From assembly GCA_963752285.1 (NCBI GenBank), contig CAVVXN010000003.1, positions 416,001 to 480,000 of the forward strand: a DNA stretch of 64,000 bases. The letters are read 5' to 3'. Under the pieces are notes generated by a model. It was not told the origin of the DNA, ran no database searches, and saw nothing but the letters and a program-made list of their open reading frames with translations. The stretch is from an uncultured Planctomycetota bacterium (GTDB lineage Bacteria > Planctomycetota > PLA2 > JAEUHO01). The translations under genes and the position numbers were made by a program. Of the stretch, positions 1 to 8,700 are shown piece after piece. Numbering within the stretch: the first letter of the stretch is position 1; each line of letters opens with the position of its first letter.

Positions 1-651
1 GGAGCTCGGGGCCGCGAGGTCCTCGTGCCCGTGACCGATGCCCTCGATGACCCAGGCGGTCTTCACGTCCACGAAGATCGCGTCGTCGTCGGCGGTCCCG
101 TTCGGGGTCAGGATCCCCGCGACGTGCATGCGGAGAGGGTAGACGCCCGCGATGTCGAAGACGGTCTCCGGGCTCGTCACGATCTTGGAGCCCGGCTCGA
201 CCCCGTGCGCCGCGGCGACGCGCGCGCCGACGAGGCACTCGCCGAGGTGGATGAACGACCGCCCTCGGACGACGCGGAGCCCGCGAAATCCGAAGTAGTC
301 GAGCGTCGTGCCCACGACCGGCGCGCCCTCGGCGTGGAAGCGGACGTAGAGCGGGATCGGTCGTGCGAGGCCGGAGTCGCCGATGCGATCCACCTCGGAC
401 CACGGGATGCGCTCGGGCGTCTCGCCCGTGAAGTAGAGGGAGCTCAGCACGAGCTCGAGGGGGCTTCCCTTGGCGCCCACCAGCAGCGGCGTCGCCAGGG
501 CGCGCGACGTCATCTCGGCCTGGCTCTGGCTCACGAGCACCTGGAGGCCCGCCGGGATGAAGAAGATCAGCGTGAGTGCGGTCACCAGGATCGCGGTCTT
601 GACGCGGTGCGCGAGGAGGTAGCGCCAGGCGAGGTAGACGGCGCCCCTCAC
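1..651 (-). CDS. ABC transporter permease (FtsX/MacB-like), runs off window start
   Basis: Manual translation from GTG at 651 (GTGA overlap with upstream ATPase stop): MRGAVYLAWRYLLAHRVKTAILVTALTLIFFIPAGLQVLV...PLLVGAKGSPLELVLSSLYF, typical of MacB/FtsX-type permease N-termini; directly downstream of an ABC ATPase. Confidence 0.8.
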   Translation of the reverse strand, partial: MRGAVYLAWRYLLAHRVKTAILVTALTLIFFIPAGLQVLVSQSQAEMTSRALATPLLVGAKGSPLELVLSSLYFTGETPERIPWSEVDRIGDSGLARPIPLYVRFHAEGAPVVGTTLDYFGFRGLRVVRGRSFIHLGECLVGARVAAAHGVEPGSKIVTSPETVFDIAGVYPLRMHVAGILTPNGTADDDAIFVDVKTAWVIEGIGHGHEDLAAPSS

Positions 652-1370
652 CGTGCGTCCTCCGCCGCCGCGCCGCCCGGGCCCGCCGGCGCCTCCCGGA
701 GGAGATCGCCCACGTCGAACGTGCGGTCGAAGCGGTCGAGCAGGCCGTGGTCGTGCGTGACGGTCACGAGCGTGGTGTTCCGTCGCCTCGCCTCGGCGAG
801 GAGCAGGTCGATCACGCGCTCCTTCGTGCGCGGGTCGAGGTTGCCCGTCGGCTCGTCGGCGAGGAGGAGCACCGGCTCGGGCAGGAGCGCGCGGCAGATG
901 CCGACCCGCTGGCGTTCGCCGTGCGAGAGCTCGCCCGGACGACGGTCGAGCTTCGCCCCGAGGCCGAGGTCGTTCGCGACGGCGCGGGCGCGGTCCACGA
1001 CCGCGCGGTCGAGGTGGAGGCCCGGCGCGATCCGGTAGGGGAGGAGCGCGTTGTCGAGCACGCTCAGGTAGTCGAGGAGCTCGAACTCCTGGAACACGAG
1101 CCCCATCCGGGTGGCCCGGTGCGCGCGACGCGCCCGCTCGGAAAGCTCGTTGACGACCACCCCGTCCACGACGACGCGCCCGCGCGCCGGCACGAGGATC
1201 CCCGCGACGAGGTGGAGGAGCGTCGTCTTCCCGGAACCGCTCGGGCCGATGACGGCCACGGCCTCGCCCCGCGCCACCTCGAGTCTCCCGACCGCGAGGC
1301 AAAACCCGCCCCGGGGATAGGCGAACTCCACGCCCTCGAGGGCGACGGTGGGCGCCGGGGGCTCAGGCAT
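648..1370 (-). CDS. ABC transporter ATP-binding protein (LolD/MacB-like)
   Basis: Walker A GPSGSGKTT, Q-loop LVFQEF, signature LSHGERQRV, Walker B LLLADEPTGNLD, H-loop VTHD. Confidence 0.93.
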   Translation of the reverse strand: MPEPPAPTVALEGVEFAYPRGGFCLAVGRLEVARGEAVAVIGPSGSGKTTLLHLVAGILVPARGRVVVDGVVVNELSERARRAHRATRMGLVFQEFELLDYLSVLDNALLPYRIAPGLHLDRAVVDRARAVANDLGLGAKLDRRPGELSHGERQRVGICRALLPEPVLLLADEPTGNLDPRTKERVIDLLLAEARRRNTTLVTVTHDHGLLDRFDRTFDVGDLLREAPAGPGGAAAEDAR

Positions 1371-1507
1371 GTCTCGACCGCGTGCGCACCCGGAGGCCTC
1401 CTACGACCGGCACGGGAAGCCTACGTCCGCGCGGGCCCCGGGTTGGCTTCGGTCCGCCCGCCCGGCGCGCTCTCGATCCCGGGACCGGCGGCGCACGGCC
1501 CCGCCCG

Positions 1508-2725
1508 TCACGGGCAGAACGGAGGCGCGCCCGCGGGCAGGAGGACGTTCGTCAGGCAGCGGACGTCGCCCCCGACCTCCACGGTCGCCCGCATGTGGAC
1601 GGGGTGCACGCGGTAGCCCCACGACCTCCAGAGGTCCGCGGCGAGCTCGTCGAGCTCGGGGATCCCGTAGCGGGGGAGGAACACGTCGCAGGCGCCGTCC
1701 GCCGTCTGGATCAGCACGTTGTTCCAGTTGAGGAGCACGCCGGGGCGGTCGCCGCGGGGCTCGCCGTGGAGGATCGGGAGCCGGTACACGCGGTAGCCGG
1801 CGTCCAGGAGCTGGTTCTCGATCGAGGCGTACAGCGCCTTCATGCGGACCTGGGTGTCCTGCCGGAACCGGCCGAGGTCGCCGAAGCTCACCTCGTCCTG
1901 CTCTCGGCCGTCGGCTCCGCGAAACGCGCTCGAGGCCAGGCTCGGGTCGCCGAGAGCCACGGTGCGTTCGCCGAGCGGGGTCAGGAACATGTCGAGGTGC
2001 GGGTAGGGCGCGGCGCCGAGGGCCCGTCCGACGACCAGGACCTCCCGTCCGAGGGTCGTCTCGATGTCCTTCACGAGGGCGTCGGCGCGGTCGTCGGCGT
2101 GACCGACGTTCTTGAGCAGGGTCGTGACGCCGAGGAACGCTCTCGAGCTCGTGAGGATCACGTCCCCGCCCTCGATCACGTACGAGCGGCGGACGACGGT
2201 CAGGTCGGGGGCGAGAGCCTGGAGGGCGTCGGGCACCTCGATGTCGCCGCGCGTCTCGGCCGTCAGGTTCTGGGCGGGGGGGAGCAGCGCGAATCGTGCG
2301 CCGTCGCGGTCGAAGAAGAGATACGGGTCGCGGGCCCACCCGCCGAGGGGCGCGCCGATGGAGAGCACGTCGAGCGAGACGTCGTCGGGCGTCGCGGGCC
2401 GCAGCACCGACTCGGCCACCCGCGCGAGGGCCTCGTCGGGCGCGGCGACCACGACGCGCGTCCCCGCGGGCGCTTCGGCGAGAAGCTGGCGGTAGACCGG
2501 GTCCCGGATCGGGGCGTCGGCCGCCGTGTAGTGCCACACCCACGTCGGGCCCTCGGCCACGGCGGCGGGCGCGGGCGCGGGCGCGGGCCCCTCGGCGCGG
2601 CCGCAGCAGGGCGCTGCGACGAGGACGAGGAGGAGCAGCGTCCGCGACGCGCGACGGGGCGCCCCGCCCGTGGACCGCGCGCCGCGCGTTCGGTTCGCGT
2701 TCGGGGGCGTGGACGGGGCGGACAT
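1508..2725 (-). CDS. Secreted pentein-fold guanidino-modifying enzyme (agmatine/peptidylarginine deiminase-like)
   Basis: Motifs WARDP, IEGGDV, PHLDMFL and C-terminal GGDVRCLT (catalytic Cys) in pentein-family order; N-terminal hydrophobic stretch ending PCCG suggests a signal/lipoprotein peptide. Confidence 0.7.
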   Translation of the reverse strand: MSAPSTPPNANRTRGARSTGGAPRRASRTLLLLVLVAAPCCGRAEGPAPAPAPAAVAEGPTWVWHYTAADAPIRDPVYRQLLAEAPAGTRVVVAAPDEALARVAESVLRPATPDDVSLDVLSIGAPLGGWARDPYLFFDRDGARFALLPPAQNLTAETRGDIEVPDALQALAPDLTVVRRSYVIEGGDVILTSSRAFLGVTTLLKNVGHADDRADALVKDIETTLGREVLVVGRALGAAPYPHLDMFLTPLGERTVALGDPSLASSAFRGADGREQDEVSFGDLGRFRQDTQVRMKALYASIENQLLDAGYRVYRLPILHGEPRGDRPGVLLNWNNVLIQTADGACDVFLPRYGIPELDELAADLWRSWGYRVHPVHMRATVEVGGDVRCLTNVLLPAGAPPFCP

Positions 2726-2960
2726 CCGGTCAGACTATCGACAGAAGTCCCTTCGGATCATCCAATCCGACCGAGCGGAGGTCCCGATCGGCGCCCCCGG
2801 GGCCGCTCCGCGGCGCCTCGACGGGTGCGACCCGCCGGTCGGTTGGTCCCGGCGGATTTCACGGCCGCGTGACCGGGGCTTCATCGAGTTCCCACGATGC
2901 GAGGGCACGCTCGGATCGAGGCGGCCGGCCGCCCGCCGTCCGCTTCGACGGAGCCCCGCC

Positions 2961-3089
2961 ATGGGACCCATTCGAACGACCTTGTCTGCGACCCTCGCGT
3001 TCGTCCTCTTCTGGTTCGGCGCGGTGGGCCTCGTGCCCGCGGACGCGGGTGCTCCACCGACGAACGACGGGGACGCGCGCCCGCAGTAG
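2961..3089 (+). CDS. Putative small (42 aa) signal-peptide/membrane peptide
   Basis: ATG preceded by GGAG; MGPIRTTLSATLAFVLFWFGAVGLVPADAGAPPTNDGDARPQ has one hydrophobic segment; no homology evidence. Confidence 0.3.
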   Translation: MGPIRTTLSATLAFVLFWFGAVGLVPADAGAPPTNDGDARPQ

Positions 3090-3127
3090 CCCGCGCGTCC
3101 GGCGGCCGCGTTCGTGCGCGGGCCCCT

Positions 3128-3385
3128 AGCCCGCACAACCCATGAACCTTCGTGGATCACGCGGCCCTGCGCACGCCAGGACCCCGATGACGGCGTTGCT
3201 CGTCGTCGGCGACCCCCCATCACAGGCATGGACGCGGGGTCGCCTCATCCTCACGCCTTGCCCTCGGGGCCCTGGCGCACAGAGGACTCCCTGTAGGCGG
3301 AGGCGTGACCTTCTTGCGATCGCGACGCGCGCTCGCATCGACGCGTCCGTCCAACACGTCGCGTGCTCCATGGGTTATCCGGGCT
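3128..3385. mobile_element. MITE-like repeat, copy 1 (258 bp, terminal inverted repeats)
   Basis: Ends AGCCCGCACAACCCATG and CATGGGTTATCCGGGCT are imperfect inverted repeats; whole element is similar to 22345-22604 and, inverted and deleted, to 24092-24223; no transposase ORF. Confidence 0.75.
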
Positions 3386-4407
3386 CGTCGTGCGGGCAGG
3401 GGCAGGTCTCGATCGTCACGTGCGCGAGGCCGAGGCCCGGCGGGATCCGTGCGCGGTACGCCTCGGCCGGGCGCGGGTCGTCCGTCACGACCGCGATCTC
3501 GGCGGCCCACAGCCCCGGGCCGATCGACCACACGTGGAGGTCAGAGACGCGGTCGGGCCCGTCGTCTTCGATCGAGACCCGGATCGTCTCGCGCACGGTG
3601 TCGGGCGCCTGGTGGTCGAGGAGCACGTTCCCGGTCTGCCGGAGGAGCGACCACGACCAGCGTGCGACGAGGAGCGATCCGAGCACGCCCATGGCCGGGT
3701 CCATCCAGCGAAGGCCGAAGAAGCGCCCGGCGACGAGCGCGACGATGGCGCAGACCGACGTGAGCGCGTCGGCCAGCACGTGGAGGTACGCCGACCGGAG
3801 GTTGTGATCGTGTCCCGTGCGCGTGCCCGGGCGCGTGCGCGTGCCCGTGCTCGTGCGCGTGATCGTGCGCGTGCTCGTGCGCGTGCGTGTGTGCCCGCTC
3901 GTGCCCGTGGGCGTCGGCGTGCCCCCCGCCGAGGATCGCCGCGCTCAGCGCGTTCACGACGAGGCCGACGGCCGCCACGACGATCGCCTGGTCGAACCAG
4001 ATGGTCACGGGCTGGACGAGGCGCTCGACGCTCTCGACCGCCATCACGAGGGCGAAGACGGCCAGAAGGACCGCGCCGCTGAACCCGCCGAGCGCGTTCA
4101 CCTTGCCCGTTCCGAACGAGAAGCGCGTGTCGTGGGCGTGGCGCCTCGCGTACGCGTACGCGAAGGCCGTGATCGCGAGGGCCACCGTGTGCGAGGCCAT
4201 GTGCAGGCCGTCCGCGAGGAGCGCCATCGACCCATAGACCCCGCCCGCGACGATCTCCGCGACCATCATGGCCGCGGTGATCACGATCACGACCTCGGTC
4301 CTTCGCTCCCCCGCGCGCCGCACCTCCTGGCCGAAGGCGTGCTCGTGCCGCCAGGCCGGGAGGCACGGGTCGTGAAGGTCGGGCGGCGGACTCGAGGCGG
4401 CGGACAC
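3375..4407 (-). CDS. dmeF: CDF-family Co/Ni/Zn efflux transporter (DmeF-like), frameshifted at ~3814
   Basis: SMALLADGLHMASH, FSFGTGKVNALGGF and a His-rich loop, continuing after a one-base shift into HDHNLRSAYLHVLADALTS...DLHVWSIGPG; start GTG 4407 inferred. Confidence 0.85.
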
Positions 4408-4552
4408 GCGCCCCACCCTACCGCCGTCCCGTCCTGCGCGCCGCGTGCTGCGGGCCTCCCGACCGTGACCGGCGGCGCGCGGTCCCCGGCGGTTCCGGCG
4501 GCGGGGGGGGCGGTATCCTCCACGGGGTTCGGGGGACGGGCGCGGGGGCGAC

Positions 4553-5413
4553 ATGGCATCCGGAAACGTCATCGAGGTCACGGACGGCTCGTTCGAGAGC
4601 GACGTCATCGCCCGCTCGCACCAGGTGCCGGTCCTGGTGGACTTCTGGGCGCCGTGGTGCGGTCCGTGCCGCATCCTCTCGCCGATCCTCGAGAAGCTGG
4701 CCGACGAGATGGCGGGCGCGTTCCTGCTCGCCGAGGTGAACACCGACGAGAACCCGGGCCTCGCCGCGGCGTTCCAGATCCAGAGCATCCCCACGGTGCA
4801 CCTCCTGAAGGACGGGCGCGTCGTGGACGGCTTCATGGGCGCGCTGCCGGAGGTGAAGGTCCGCGCGTTCCTCGAGCCGCACGTGAAAGGCCAGCCGGAG
4901 CATGCCGACGAGGTCGCGCGCGCCCGGGACCTGCTGGAGCGCGGGAAGACCGCCGAGGCCCGCGCCGCGTTGCGGTCGCACCTCGAGAAGAGCCCCGGAG
5001 ACGCGGCGGCACGCCTCCTCGCGGCGCGGGCCGCCCTCGACGCCGGCGACGAGGCCGGCGCGCGCGCCGAGCTCGACGCGATCCCCGAAGAGGCCGAGAC
5101 CGAGCGCCGCGAGGGGGAGCGGCTTCGCGGGGCGCTCCAGTTCCGTTCCGCCTGCGGCGAGGGCGAGGCCCACTGGCGGGCCCGGCTCGCCGAGGCGCCC
5201 GAGGACCTCGCCGCGCGCTACGCCCTCGGCTGCTGTCTGGCCGCGAACGGGCGCCACGAGGAGGCCCTCGCCGCGCTGCTCGAGGTCGTGAAGCGCGACA
5301 AGACGTTCGAGGACGGCGCCGCGCGAAAGGCGATGGTCGCGATCTTCGGCCTTCTCGGACCCGGCAGCGACCTCGCGCAGCGCTTTCGAAAGCAGCTCGT
5401 CATCTACCTCTGA
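4553..5413 (+). CDS. ybbN: Thioredoxin-TPR chaperedoxin (YbbN/CnoX)
   Basis: VLVDFWAPWCGPC thioredoxin domain followed by TPR-like helices and a C-terminal DGAARKAMVAIFGLLG...RKQL typical of YbbN. Confidence 0.88.
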   Translation: MASGNVIEVTDGSFESDVIARSHQVPVLVDFWAPWCGPCRILSPILEKLADEMAGAFLLAEVNTDENPGLAAAFQIQSIPTVHLLKDGRVVDGFMGALPEVKVRAFLEPHVKGQPEHADEVARARDLLERGKTAEARAALRSHLEKSPGDAAARLLAARAALDAGDEAGARAELDAIPEEAETERREGERLRGALQFRSACGEGEAHWRARLAEAPEDLAARYALGCCLAANGRHEEALAALLEVVKRDKTFEDGAARKAMVAIFGLLGPGSDLAQRFRKQLVIYL

Positions 5414-5779
5414 CGCGGCCCCCTCCGTCCAGGGGCGACCGCCCGGGTTGGACACACCGAGGGCGCCGCGGACCGCGTGGACCCTGGGAACGTGCCCGCA
5501 ACCCGGGTCCGATGTCGCCCTCGTCCTTTGTAGCGGGTCGCGTCTCCCATCGCCGGCGCACTCGAGGGCCGGCGGAGGGGCCGCCTCGGCGCACGCCCCG
5601 GCAACGCCGGACCCTCCGGGGCTCGGACGCTGCGGTCCCGGTGCGGGCGGCGGCCGTCGTGTGCGCGCGCACGGCGGTGTGCCGGGTTGCGGCGCGCGGG
5701 GCGCGGCGGTGGAATGGGAGGCCTCGTAGACCCGGGCCGGGCGCGGGAGCCTGGGGCCCAGGCCGGGACGGGGGGATCG

Positions 5780-8700
5780 GTGTCCGACGGGTCGGACCGC
5801 GGCAGAGGCTCGTCTCACCACGACCCGGACGCCGCCCGACGCCGCCGCGCGGACGAGGCGCTGAGACGGCTCGAGCGGGCGGCGATGAACGACGTGGACC
5901 TCCCGCCGCGCGTGCGCTCCGAGGTGATCGAGGCGGTCGCGGAGCAGCGCCGACGTCTCGCCGAGGCGGACGCCGGGGCGCGCGATCGGGCGCGCGAGGC
6001 CGCGCCCCCCGCACCCCTCCCGCCGCTCCCGCTTTCGCCGCCCCTTCCCCCGCCGTCGTCGCCGGCGCCGCCGCTTCCGTCGTTCGTGCGAGAAGAGGAC
6101 ACCGCGCCGCCGGCCCGCGCGGCGCACGCGGGAACGGTCGAGCGCGACGAACCCGCGACCGCGCGCCGGCCCTCCGGCCCGTCGGTCTGGGAGCGGCTCT
6201 CGCCCGCGTTCGCCGAGAACCTCGCGTTCGGGCTCGCGGCGTTCCTCATGGTCGCGGCGGCGGTCTACTTCGTCACGACGGCGTGGGCGACCATGACGGG
6301 GTCGGAGCGGCTCCTCGTCGCGGTGGGGGGGCTCGACTTCGTCGGCGCGCTCCTCGTCCTGGCGGCGAGGCTCCTCTCGAGGAGCGCGCCCGACCTCGCG
6401 TCCGTCGAGCGGGTCCTCCTGTGGATCGTCGCGTTCTTCGTGCCCCTCGCCGCCGTCCCCGCGGGGCAGCTCCTCGAGACCGACCTCGCGACGGGACTCG
6501 TCGCCGCGCTGCTGGTGGTCGGCCCGGGGGCGGTCGCGATCCGCTCGCTCGCGCGGGCGACCGACGCGCGGCTGCTTCGCCCGCTCGCGTCGGGTCTCGG
6601 CGCCCTCGTGCTGCTGGTCCTCCTGGGGGGGATGGGCGCCGGAGCGCCCGTCTTGTGGACGACCGCGGCCGCCGCCTCCTTGCTCGGCGGGACCTGGCTT
6701 CTCGCGCGCCGCGTGCCCCGGCTCGGAGCGAGCCCGGGCACCCTCGTCGCGACCCTCGCTTCGTTCACGTTCGCGGCGCTGGTCGTCGCGGGACGCGTCG
6801 CCCTGGCCGCGGGGACGCCGGCCGTGGCGATCCTCGGGATCCCTCCCGCCGCCGCGGCGCTCGCGCTCGCGTGGCTGGACGTCGCGAAGGCGCGCGCCGG
6901 GTCGCTCGCCGAGGGCCGGGCCGGGCACGCCGGCGACGCCGAGGGCGTCGCGTGGCGCGGCGTGGCCCTCGCGCTCGCGGTCGGCGGCGCGGTGGTCGCG
7001 ATGGGAGACCCCCTCGCGCTCCTGGTCGCGGCGGGCCTCGGCGCCGCGGGCGCGCTCCTGGCCGCGTCCCGCCTCCCCTCGACCTGGCTCCTCCTGCCGG
7101 GCCTCGCGCTCTCGGCCGTGGCGTACCTGAGGACGCCGGCGCCCGTGCGGGAGCTCGTCGCCGCGCTCCGGGACCGCGCGTCGCACGCGCTGGGCTACGT
7201 GTCGCGCCCGATGCCGCTCGGCTACTACGGTGTCACGTTCGTGCCCTACCTGGTCGCGACGGGGCTCTTCGCGTGGCGACTCCATCGCGCCGGCAGGGCG
7301 GCGCGCGCCCGCGTGCTCCTCGCGTGGACCGTCGCGCTCGGAGCGGGGCTCGTGGTCCTCGCGCTCGCGACCAGCGGGTACCCGCCGGGCACCGACCTCC
7401 GCGCGCCGGCGGCCGTCCTCGCGCTGCAGGGCGCGCTCTGGATCGGGCTGGCGGCGCTCCTCGACCGATGGGCGCTCGCGCGGGTGGGCGGCGTCGCGGC
7501 GGTCGGCGCGGTCGTGGCGATGCTCCGGCACGTCCACGCCGCGGCGCCCGCGGCCGTCCTCGTGCTGTCGGCGTCGGGGCTCGTCGCGCTCGTGCCCGGC
7601 GTGTGGCTCCGCGCCCGGCACGGCCACATCGCCCGCGAGCTCTCCCCGGTGTTCGTGGAGATCGCGACCGTGGCCGGCGCCCTCGCGACCGCCGTCGCGC
7701 TGTTCCCGATCGACGCGCTCCTCGCGGGCGACGCGCGGGTCGTCGTCGCCGCCACCGCCCTCGCGTTGCTCCTCGCGGCCCTCGCCGTCGCCTGGCGACT
7801 CGCGGGGCTCCTCGCGCTGGCGGCCCTGGCGTGGGCCGCCGCGGCCCGCGCCCTCGCCCTCGCGGCGGGGCTCTTCGGCTGGGCGCCGCTCGTCGTGGTG
7901 ACCGCGTCCGCCGCGCCGCTCCTCCTCGTGCGCGGGGCGGCGCGGCTCGGGCGTCGGATCCGCCACGCCGAGGCGCCCGCGTGGCGTCGTGGCGGACTCC
8001 ACGTCGGCGTCGCGACGCTCGTGGTCCAGGCCGTCGCGTTCGCGGCCGTTCCCGCGCCCGACCCGTGGCCGCTCGCGCTCTCGTTCGTCCTGGCCGCGGC
8101 GATCCTCGCGCGCGCCTCGTGGCTGTCGGAGGACCGGGGCCTCGTCGCCGTGGCGGCGCTCGAGGCTCTCGCGGCCGGCCCCGCCCTCGCGCGGGCGTCG
8201 GGCGGCGAGGTGCTCGGCGCGCCCGGGCTCCTCGGGCTCGCGCTCGCGACGGGGGCGCTCGCGGCGTGGCTCCGCGTCCTCGACGCTCGCACCGGGCGGC
8301 GCCGGCTGCCGCCCGAGGGGGTCGCCGCGGTCGTCGCGCTGGGCGTCTGGGCGACCTTCCTCGGCGCGATCCTCGTCGTCGCCACGGTGGCGAGCCGCGG
8401 CGCGCCACCGGCGGACGGGCTCCTCGTCGCCGCGGCGGGCCTCGTCGTCCTGACAAGCGTCCGCGCGTTCGGGACGCGAGCGGCCGGCGGGCTCCGTCAC
8501 GACCTCGAGGTCGCGACCGGTCTTCCCGCGGGGCTCCTCCTCGGGTTCGTCGCGTGGGGGATCCTCTTCGCCGCGGGCGCCCCCGACGACCTCTACCCGC
8601 TCGGCGCGATCGCCGCGGCGGCGGCGCTCCGTGTCTCCCCGCGCGGCTGTGAGGCCGACGGCGTCGCCGCGTTCCTGCTCGGGCTCGGCGCGCTCGCGCT

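Noticed and set aside
3142..3296. Small ORFs inside the repeat (e.g. MNLRGSRGPAHAR...)
   Set aside because: Similarity between copies is explained by the DNA repeat; frames are not preserved across copies
5485..5507. GGGAA...GCCCGCAAC resembling a cobalamin riboswitch core
   Set aside because: Lacks the intervening GGTG/AATCC elements and B12 box; downstream gene is not B12-related
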